From Macrostomum hystrix (taxonomy: Eukaryota > Animalia > Platyhelminthes): DNA of 64,000 bases. How positions within the stretch are numbered: position 1 is the stretch's first letter; each line of letters opens with the position of its first letter. Shown here piece by piece: positions 12,668 through 24,032 of this stretch. The stretch spans positions 4,836,001-4,900,000 of the forward strand of contig CATNEN010000005.1 of the NCBI GenBank assembly GCA_950097015.1. Reading direction: 5' to 3'. Both the position numbers and the translations under genes were made by a program. The notes beneath the pieces are model-generated. The model was not told the origin of the DNA. It saw only the letters and a list, made by a program, of their open reading frames with translations, and searched no databases.

Positions 12668-12920
12668 CGCTCTGTCTAACAGTTGATTGCTCTGTCTAAC
12701 AGGTGATTGCTCTGTCTAACAGGTGATTGCTCTGTCTAACATGTGATTGCTCTGTCTAACAGGTGATTGCTCTGTCTAACAGGTGATTGCTCTGTCTAAC
12801 ACGTGATTGCTCTGTCTAACAGGTTGTATTCTTGTCTAACAGGTGAAATACCAATCTAACAGGCAATATCCCAATCTGACAGGTGATATCCCAATCTGAC
12901 AGGTGATATCCCAATCTAAC
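12668..12920. repeat. 20-bp degenerate minisatellite GATTGCTCTGTCTAACAGGT
   Basis: About 12 copies, decaying toward the right. Confidence 0.85.
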
Positions 12921-13314
12921 AGTGTTTTAAAAGTTTGCGGGTCTATTTTTAGATAAATTATTAATGACAACAAATGAAACGGAGCCGCGCTGCATATAGA
13001 ATATTTAAGAAATAAAAAGAGTAAGATTAGCTAGTATGTTTACAGCTAATGCTTGTACTCGAATGATAAATAAACAAAAGTTTATAATTTCCGGCTACAA
13101 TATTCAAATAGTTCTACTGTAAGTAGAGTCGATTATTATAACAAGCAAAATGGATTGCATCAGGCGAATTGATGATATTAAATAACTGGGAATGAAGTGT
13201 TGCATTGGCAGCAGCATATTTTTGCATTGCAATTTGATAACAAATAGGCAAAATATTTTAATAAAAGCGAATACAGAAAACTAACAAAACTTTTTTTTTT
13301 AACTGGAAACGAAC

Positions 13315-16300
13315 TCAAGGCTGACAGACGGCTGCTCGCCTCTGAGTCAATCCGCAGCCGAATGCCTCGCCAAAGTCTGACAGACCTTGAACTGCCAGTT
13401 CGACTCTGGGAAATGGTGGATGGATAGTTGATGGATGGGTTCTGTCAGTTGATGGATGGGTTCTGTCAGTTGATGGATGGGTTCTGTCAGTTGATGGATG
13501 GGTTCTGTCAGTTGATGGATGGGTTCTGTCAGTTGATGGATGGGTTCTGTCAGTTGATGAATGGGTTCTGTCAGTTGATGGATGGGTTCTGTTAGTTGAT
13601 GGATGGGTTCTGTCAGTTGATGGATGGGTTCTGTCAGTTGATGGATGGGTTCTGTCAGTTGATGGATGGGTTCTGTCAGTTGATGGATGGGTTCTGTCAG
13701 TTGATGGATGGGTTCTGTCAGTTGATGAATGGGTTCTGTCAGTTGATGGATGGGTTCTGTTAGTTGATGGATGGGTTCTGTCAGTTGATGGATGGGTTCT
13801 GTCAGTTGATGGATGGGTTCTGTCAGTTGATGAATGGTTCTGTCAGTTGATGGATGGATTCTGACAGTTGATGGATGGGTTCTGTCAGTTGATGAATGGT
13901 TCTGTCAGTTGATGGATGGGTTCTGTCAGTTGATGGATGGGTTCTGTCAGTTGATGGATGGTTCTGTCAGTTGATGGATGGGTTCTGTCAGTTGATGGAT
14001 GGTTCTGTCAGTTGATGGATGGTTCTGTCAGTTGATGGATGGGTTCTGTCAGTTGATGGATGGGTTCTGTCAGTTGATGGATGGGTTTTGTCAGTTGATG
14101 GATGGGTTCTGACAGTTGATGAATGGTTCTGTCAGTTGATGGATGGGTTCTTACAGTTGATGGATGGGTTCTGTCAGTTGATGGATGGTTCTGTCAGTTG
14201 ATGGATGGGTTCTGTCAGTTGATGGATGGTTCTGTCAGTTGATGGATAGTTCTGACAGTTGATGGATGGGTTCTGTCAGTTGATGAATGGTTCTGTCAGT
14301 TGATGGATGGGTTCTGTCAGTTGATGGATGGTTCTGTCAGTTGATGGATGGGTTCTGTCAGTTGATGAATGGGTTCTGTCAGTTGATGGATGGGTTCTGT
14401 CAGTTGATGGATGGGTTCTGTCAGTTGATGGATGGGTTTTGTCAGTTGATGGATGGGTTCTGTCAGTTGATGAATGGTTCTGTCAGTTGATGGATGGGTT
14501 CTTACAGTTGATGGATGGGTTCTGTCAGTTGATGGATGGTTCTGTCAGTTGATGGATGGGTTCTGTCAGTTGATGGATGGTTCTGTCAGTTGATGGATGG
14601 TTCTGACAGTTGATGGATGGGTTCTGTCAGTTGATGAATGGTTCTGTCAGTTGATGGATGGGTTCTGTCAGTTGATGGATGGGTTCTGTTAGTTGATGGA
14701 TGGGTTCTGTGAGTTGATGGATGGGTTCTGTCAGTTGATGGATGGGTTCTGACAGTTGATGAATGGTTCTGTCAGTTGATGGATGGGTTCTGTTAGTTGA
14801 TGGATGGGTTCTGACAGTTGATGAATGGTTCTGTCAGTTGATGGATGGGTTCTGTTAGTTGATGGATGGGTTCTGTCAGTTGATGGATGGGTTCTGTCAG
14901 TTGATGGATGGTTCTGTCAGTTGATGAATGGGTTCTGTCAGTTGATGGATGGGTTCTGTCAGTTGATGTAAGGGCTCTGTCAGTTGATGGATGGTTCTGT
15001 CAGTTGATTGATGGGTTCTGTCAGTTGATGAATGGGTTCTGTCAGTTGATGTAAGGGTTCTGTCAGTTGATGGATGAGTTCTGTCAGTTGATGAATGGTT
15101 CTGTCAGTTGATGGATGGTTCTGTCAGTTGATGGATGGTTCTGACAGTTGATGGATGGGTTCTGTCAGTTGATGGATGGGTTGTGTCAGTTGATGACTGG
15201 TTCTGTCACTTGATGGATGGTTCTGTCAGTTGATTGATGGTTCTGTCAGTTGATTGATGGGTTCTGTCAGTTATTAGATGATTATTCCTACCTGGATTTA
15301 AGCGGAACATAGGATCTTTGAAGTCTGGCCCTCAGTTCTGGTCTCTCAGTGCCACAGTGACTCTGTAAAATAATGCATGAAATTTTAAGAAAATCCTGAT
15401 TTTAGGAAAAACAAGTTTATAAATGGTGGCTTTACCTGAGCGAATGCCATGAAGACCAGCTGATGAGGCGCATAGCTGACTGTTGGAAGGCCGAGTGGCA
15501 TGTCGGAGCGTCTAGTGAGGTGCGTCCGGTGTGCCAGGTTTGCCACCCTCAGACCCCACGCAAAGGCGAAGGCTTCACGAATAGCCGACTTTGATGTGGA
15601 CTAAATGGTTTTTTGGGAGTTCTCGGATGCTGAACTCCTGCTGCGATTCTAGCTTTGCCTCTCTTGCTGCGATTCTAGCTTTGCCTCTCTTGCTGCGATT
15701 CTAGCTTTGTCTCTCTTGCTGCGATTCTAGCTTTGCCTCTCTTGCTGCGATTCTAGCTTTGCCTCTCTTGCTGCGATTCTAGCTTTGCCTCTCTTGCTGC
15801 GATTCTAGCTTTGCCTCTCTTGCTGCGATTCTAGCTTTGCCTCTCTTGCTGCGATTCTAGCTTTGCCTCTCTTGCTGCGATTCTAGCTTTGCCTCTCTTG
15901 CTGCGATTCTAGCTTTGTCTCTCTTGCTGCGATTCTAGCTTTGCCTCTCTTGCTGCGATTCTAGCTTTGCCTCTTATGCTGCGATTCTAGCTTTGCCTGT
16001 CTTGCTGCGATTCTAGCTTTGCCTCTCTTGCTGCGATTCTAGCTTTGCCTCTCTTGCTGCGATTCTAGCTTTGCTTCTCTTGCTGCGATTCTAGCTTTGC
16101 CTCTCTTGCTGCGATTCTAGCTTTGCCTCTCTTGCTGCGATTCTAGCTTTGCCTCTCTTGCTGCGATTCTAGCTTTGCCTCTCTAGACATAACCTAAGAC
16201 CGAATCCCATGCCAAAACAAAAATGTAAACAAAATGCTGGACCTGCTACTTACATGGCCAGTAGGCAGTAGTGATGCCATGCAGTCCTCTGTATCGGCGC

Positions 16301-18627
16301 CTAGTAGCAAAGGAGGCGAATATCCAGATGCCGCTGTCTGATCTGCAGCCTCAGCTTCACCGACTAGAGCCCACCGAGAGCCTTTGAGTAGGGGTTGAGT
16401 TTGAGTTCATTTAGACCTACTTATCTGTTCATCGATACTATCATATCAAAACTGTGTGTGTATCTGTATCTGTGTGTACGCAAATCACAACTCGGTTATT
16501 TCCACTGAAAGCTGTCAAGCCAAGCATCTATCTTTTGTTAGTTTGTCACGCCAAAAATGTGTATAGCAATGAGATTTGCTTCAATAAAGAATTGCAGCAA
16601 TAATAGGAGTTATACAAATATTCTGACAGACAAAGTGGTAGATAAAAAAGTTGTAAGCTGCAATTGTATTGTGAGCTGCTGCAGCTAAAAGAGCAAATCA
16701 ACCTTTTTTTCTCTTTTCCTACTCAAACTAGAGGAAAGCGACTCACCGACTGCATCAAATGCGCGAGTCATCTCAGTTGCTATGGCGGTGCCGATAATGC
16801 CGAACTTCAGGTAGCTGGCAAAATGCGAGGTTTATTGCATTTTAGCGGTTTAAATGAACTCACTTCTTAGAAACTGCAGTTCTTTTAAAATGTGATTCAC
16901 AATCATAACAATCTGACAAAATGACAATCTGACAAATGACAATCTGACAAATGACAATCTGACAAAATGACAATCTGACAAATGACAATCTGACAAATGA
17001 CAATCTGACAAATGACAATCTGACAAATGACAATCTGACATAATGACAATCTGACATAATGACAATCTGACATAATGACAATCTGACAAATGACAATCTG
17101 ACAAATGACAATCTGACAAAATGACAATCTGACATAATGACAATCTGACAAATGACAATCTGACATAATGACAATCTGACATAATGACAATCTGACAAAT
17201 GACAATCTGACAAAATGACAATCTGACAAAATGACAATCTGACAAAATGACAATCTGACAAAATGACAATCTGACAAAATGACAATCTGACAAAATGACA
17301 ATCTGACAAAATGACAATCTGACAAAATGACAATCTGACAAAATGACAATCTGACATAATGAAAAAATGAAAAAAATGACAAAATGACAATCTGACAAAA
17401 TGACAAAATGACAAAAGGATGGAAGGAAAGCTACGAAAGACTTAATAGACAATTTAGACTCACTATGGCATTGTGTTGTCCCACAGATGAAATGGCCATT
17501 GAAAAAATGCAGCTGGAATGACTGAAATGTTAGAATGTACTTTAATCTACCGTTTAAAAGTGCAAATAGGCAAATAACTGATCAGTTGAAATGAATTAGA
17601 AAATTTATTTGACTTACAAACCGCATTAGCTTCAGCTCGGTAGCTAGGAGACACAGAAGTAATGTCCAAATCTTCTCTAAAATCGTATCTATTATCTTTA
17701 AGTCTTGAACGCGTTTTTGATTGTCGCAGTTTAGTCCAGCCTAGCGCCATCTGCAGTAGGGTCTGGTTCGATGTCAGATTCCACTGGAAAATAATATAAT
17801 TATTCATTTTTGTTTTGACAGTTTCGGGAATCACAGAAATTACAGGTTTCACAGTCATCACAGGTTTAAAGGGTATCACAAGTTTCGAAGGTGTCGCAAG
17901 TGTCACGGTTATCACAGGTGTCACAGGACCCACAAATGTCACAGGTGTCACAGGTATCACATGTTTCAAAGGTATCACAAAGTGTCACAGGTGACACAGG
18001 TAGGTGTCATAGGAATCACAAGTGGCAAAGGTGTGACAGGTTCCACAGGTGTCACAGGTGCCACAGGAATCACAGGTGTTACAGGTGTTTTCACAGGTGT
18101 CACATGTATCATATGTTTCAAAAGCATTCTATATGTCACAGGTATCACAGGTGACACAGATTTCACAGGTACACTGATTTCTCCTCACCTCGAGAAAATA
18201 CTGGTTTAAGAAATCTTGTTTGAGATGCAGTTCACTGTAGCCAACAATGATACGCATTGATTGCACCTGAAAGTTTAAACATTTCGATTTGATCTATTAG
18301 AATCTGTCAGAGGGTGACGGAAAACGAGAACTTTCCAAACCTTCTGGGCAATGGAGTTTTTGACTTGCTGGCTGAGGCGAGGGCTGGACCTAGTCAGATC
18401 AACGAATGCCTCCTTCAATAGGGGCACGAGAACTGCTGACACCTAAATGCGTGAAAAGTTCATCGAATAATTAAATTATTAAGAAAACTATCTATCCTAC
18501 GAGTTGTCAATCAATATTTGCATGAATAAAATTGGTTTAATTATTTGACAAAAAAACAATCTAAGAAAAATTGAGCAAAAGGCAATAAAACGATGAACTA
18601 ATTAATCAATTCTAAATCAACCAACCT

Positions 18628-18660
<33 letters not shown>

Positions 18661-18662
18661 CC

Positions 18663-18709
<47 letters not shown>

Positions 18710-18753
18710 TAATCAATCAATCAATCAATCAATCAACCAATCAATCAATCAAC

Positions 18754-18784
<31 letters not shown>

Positions 18785-18857
18785 CCAATCAAACAATCAA
18801 CCAATCCATCAACCAATCAACCAATCAATCAATCAAACAATCAACCAATCAATCAAG

Positions 18858-18896
<39 letters not shown>

Positions 18897-19582
18897 CAGT
18901 CCATCCATCAACAATCAACAATCAACCATCCGATCAATCAAACAGTGATTCAATGAACCTGTCATCCAATAACTATCATCTGCGCAATGCAAAAGCTACT
19001 AAAAGCAGACAGCCAACCAGTTCCAGCCGCAGTCGACTTTGAGCCTCCTCAAAATAGACCGCGTTGAGTCCGGGCGATCTGAGCAGTCTCAGGCAGGTCA
19101 GCCAGTCCTCCTCGGCGTGCTCCTGGCCATTCAGCTGGGCTGAGTGCCTCAGCGAGTCGCGTCTGGACTTGGCCGAGTAGAACGGCGCAAACCGGAGGAT
19201 GATGCAGAACTCCAGGTACTTTTTGAGATCGCTGGAAAATTTGAGAACGCGAAACATGCTGCTCATGTGCCCGTGCAGCTCATTTGGTGACATTATGGGA
19301 GGGTTAGTGGCAGAGCGGTTAACATGTTTGCCTCGATTCCGCGGTGAGGCCGCACTCATTTGACAGAAGGCTTGGGGGCTTGTCGTGCAATTTACGCCAT
19401 GGAGGGCCAACCTCCAAGGCACAGTGAGAGTGTACACTGCCTGACGATGAGAAAGCCAAGGCAGATGTACACACCTGTGTGCGTGTGTGCTCAGGAGTCA
19501 GCGGAATGGGCAGAAATGCCTCCTCGCTGGCTGCGGGTCTAGTGTCACCAAATGATGTGCCATTGTCCGCAGCCCTTCTTCA

Positions 19583-19614
<32 letters not shown>

Positions 19615-22600
19615 TGACTCTTGAGCGAGCTCACACTCACACAGGTGTGTACATCTGCCCTGACTTTCTCATCGTCAGGCAGTGTACACTCTCACTGTGC
19701 CTTGGAGGTTGGACCTCAAGGTCGTAAATTGCACGACAAGCGCCCAAGCCTTCTGTCAAAGGAGTGTGGCCTCGCCGCGGAATCGAACCCAGGGACCTCG
19801 CTCTAAGAATCGAACTCCCGACCTCTCATTTCGAAGTCCAAGTCTGTAAACACTTGAAAGCAACCTCCCATATGATCGTGAATAAAAAATAGCTTTAAAT
19901 TTGATGGCAATCCGAATCTGCCTGTCATCATGAGTCACCTTTGTTGAGTGGTTCTGAGCAGGGCTACATTAAATACCTATGCAGGTTTGAATGACAGACA
20001 AAACAGCAGACTGACAAGCTTTTAGGCCTCATCATCTTCTTTTTCTACGCAATGCGATCAGAATCAACTGTCACCCGAAGGAAGGCTGCTTTGAAGATCA
20101 CACACGATGTAGAAATCAAACGACAACAAAGATTAGGGTAGACACGCCTTTGATCTTTTCGATGACAGTTTACTTTTCGGACACTGAAGCTACTTAAAGT
20201 AGTACAAATGCTTATGTAAATGACTCACTCATCTCGCAGTCGCTTTAGCAGACTTCCTAATTGATAAAAGTAACCTGGGTTGCCGACCGCGATCACCATC
20301 GAATCGACTGGGTGCTTCGCGTTGCCATGCAGGAATTCAGCAATCAACTTGTCGAACTGAATCTGAAAGCAGGACGGAAGTGAGACCTTCTTAGGTTGCG
20401 TAGGCTGAGAACTGCTCAAATCCTCTATTGAGAACTGCTCAAATCCTCTCTTGAGAACTGATCAAATCCTCTCTTGGGAACTGCTCAAATCCTCTCTTGA
20501 GAACTGATCAAATCCTCTCTTGAGAACTGATCGAATCCTCTCTTGGGAACTGATCAAATCCTCTCTTGAGAACTGATCAAATCCTCTCTTGAGAACTGAT
20601 CAAATCCTCTCTTGAGAACTGATCAAATCCTCTCTTGGGAACTGCTCAAATCCTCTCTTGGGAACTGATCAAATCCTCTCTTAAGAATTGATCAAATCCT
20701 CTCTTGAGAACTGACCAAATCCTCTCTTGAGAACTGATCAAATCCTCTCTTAAGAACTGATCAAATCCTCTCTTGGGAACTGCTCAAATCCTCTCTTGAG
20801 AACTGATCAAATCCTCTCTTGAGAACTGATCAAATCCTCTCTTGAGAACTGATCAAATCCTCTCTTGAGAACTGATCAAATCCTCTCTTGAGAACTGCTC
20901 AAATCCTCTCTTGGGAACTGATCAAATCCTCTCTTGAGAACTGATCAAATCCTCTCTTGAGAACTGCTCGGACTGAGACCTCTCTGAGATCTTCAAAGAC
21001 TATGTACAACGAACTTATCCTCGGCACTTTTTCGCTCACCAGAGATCCATCGGCTTCAAGTCGACGTTGAAATTCGCCAACAGTGAAACGTTCGGCCCTC
21101 ATAAGGGGCTGATCCTTCAGAGGATGATTAGCAGGATGGCTGATCTGAAATTAAAGACATAATATTGCTGTTTAATCCTCTGTCACTCCTTTGCCATGTC
21201 ACTCCGTTCCTATGTCACTCCGTTCCTATGTCACTCCGTTCCTATGTCACTCCGTTCCTATGTCACTCCGTTCCTATGTCACTCCGTTCCTATGTCACTC
21301 CGTTCCTATGTCACTCCGTTCCTATGTCACTCCGTTCCTATGTCACTCCGTTCCTATGTCACTCCGTTCCTATGTCACTCCGTTCCTATGTCACTCCGTT
21401 CCTATGTCACTCCGTTCCTATGTCACTCCGTTCCTATGTCACTCCGTTCCTATGTCACTCCGTTCCTATGTCACTCCGTTCCTATGTCACTCCGTTCCTA
21501 TGTCACTCCGTTCCTATGTCACTCCGTTCCTATGTCACTCCGTTCCTATGTCACTCCGTTCCTATGTCACTCCGTTCCTATGTCACTCCGTTCCTATGTC
21601 ATCATTCGAGCATATTTGTAAACTGAGTCATTAGACGAAATCGATTTGTACAAACCTGAGCCAGAGACTGAAGCACAGTGAGCACACTGTCAGCATAGTT
21701 TTTGCCAACACTGTCTCCAAGGTGTTCCAAATCGTTGACGAGCTGGACAATGAACTGGCGCAGCTGATTTTGTTCGCGTGGATCGGCGAAGTCGCCCAGC
21801 TTCCAGTCCTGATGCTCGTCTAGCTGATTGAGGTGTGGCATGGAAATCAATGTGCTCAACCACATATTATTGAGTCTCAAAATCTCATACTAAATTCAAA
21901 AGTCTCAAAATCTCATACTAGATTCAAACATCTCAAAATCTCATACTAGATTCAAACGTCTCAAAATCCCATAGTAGATTCAAAAGTCTCAAAATCTCAT
22001 GCTATATTCACAAGTCTCAAAATCTCATTCTATATTCAAAAGTCTCAAAATATCATACTACTCGTAAATTCAAAGTCTCAAAACTCATACTAAATTCAAA
22101 GTCTCAAAATCTCATACTAAATTCAAAAGTCTCAAAATCTCATACTAAATTCAAAAGTCTCAAAATCTCATGCTATATTCACAAGTCTCAAAATCTCATA
22201 CTAGATTCAAACATCCCAAAATCTCATACTAGATTCAAACGTCTCAAAATCCCATAGTAGATTCAAAAGTCTCAAAATCTCATGCTATATTCACAAGTCT
22301 CAAAATCTCATTCTATATTCAAAAGTCTCAAAATATCATACTACTCGTAAATTCAAAGTCTCAAAATCTCATACTAAATTCAAAAGTCTCAAAATATCAT
22401 AGTAGATTCAAAAGTCTCAAAATCTCATACTAAATTCAAAAGTCTCAAAATCTCATACTAGATTCAAACGTCTCAAAATCCCATAGTAGATTCAAAAGTC
22501 TCAAAATCTCATGCTATATTCACAAGTCTCAAAATCTCATTCTATATTCAAAAGTCTCAAAATATCATACTACTCGTAAATTCAAAGTCTCAAAATCTCA

Positions 22601-23526
22601 TACTAAATTCAAAAGTCTCAAAATATCATAGTAGATTCAAAAGTCTCAAAATCTCATACTAAATTCAAAAGTCTCAAAATCTCATACTAGATTCAAACGT
22701 CTCAAAATCCCATAGTAGATTCAAAAGTCTCAAAATCTCATGCTATATTCACAAGTCTCAAAATCTCATTCTATATTCAAAAGTCTCAAAATCTCATGCT
22801 ATATTCAATAGCCTCAAAATCTCATATTTAATTAGAGATTTTCAAAATCTTATTGTAAATTCACAAGTCTCAATAAATAGGCAATAAAGTAGCAATATTA
22901 AACTGATAGCCATAACTCCGGTCCTTGAAAAGCAGCTGCGAGAGAGTTGTAAAAATAAACAGACTTCCTGCATTTATTGCTCCGAGCGTAAGTTAATAAC
23001 TTGGCAACCGCGATAGTAAATGATTGTCATCTACCCAAAATATTCCCCAAATATCCCAATATCCCATTCTCATTGGCAGGTGCGACAGTAATTTGAGTAC
23101 GCTGACTGACTCTCGGCTTTATTGTGCTCATATAACTGGGCAGTTATTCCGTATCTGGGGGCCTGGGACTGTGGCGGAGGGGAGGGGAGAAGAGACAGAT
23201 GGGCACAGACACTCCCTTAGTCTCCCTTCAATCCATTTTCGCATAGAGAGCTCAGCAAAAAACTATTTTTTGAGATTGGAATGCTGGATTGAGCAAAAAA
23301 CCATTGATAAACCAAAGCGATGTCAAACAGAATGGGACCCCACGGAGTTCCTGAGAGCCTATGTTTTTTGGTCATCGGTTGGAAGAATTCGGAAAGTCAT
23401 CTGACGATTTATTTTTTGGGATTGGGATAAATGTAAAGAGCCAAGAATAATCCCCCACTATTTACTTTGCACAGTTTATTGACCTAAAACTTGAATGGGA
23501 GATTTCGCTTTCATATACATTTTCAT

Positions 23527-23561
<35 letters not shown>

Positions 23562-23990
23562 CCCAGGACAGACAGACAGACACCCAGGACAGACAGACAG
23601 ACACCCAGGACAGACAGACAGACACCCAGGACAGACAGACAGACACCCAGGACAGACAGACAGACACCCAGGACAGACAGACAGACACCCAGGACAGACA
23701 GACAGACACCCAGGACAGACAGACAGACACCCAGGACAGACAGACAGACAGACACCCAGGACAGACAGACAGACAGACACCCAGGACAGACAGACACCCA
23801 GGACAGACAGACACCCAGGACAGACAGACACCCAGGACAGACAGACACCCAGGACAGACAGACACCCAGGACAGACAGACACCCAGGACAGACAGACACC
23901 CAGGACAGACAGACACCCAGGACAGACAGACAGACAGAGACCCAGGACAGACAGACACCCAGGCAGGCAGACAGACAGACAGACAGACAG

Positions 23991-24032
<42 letters not shown>

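Noticed and set aside
19440-19470. Hammerhead ribozyme in SINE A (CTGACGA...GAAA)
   Set aside because: Only 3 nt separate CUGACGA from GAAA, so there is no stem II, and CTGAC is instead paired with GTCAG in a simple hairpin.
20363-21039. Intron created entirely by duplication of a 23-mer that supplies both splice sites
   Set aside because: Better consensus splice sites lie outside the array (CTG|gtgagc at 21039 and ctttcag|ATT at 20363).
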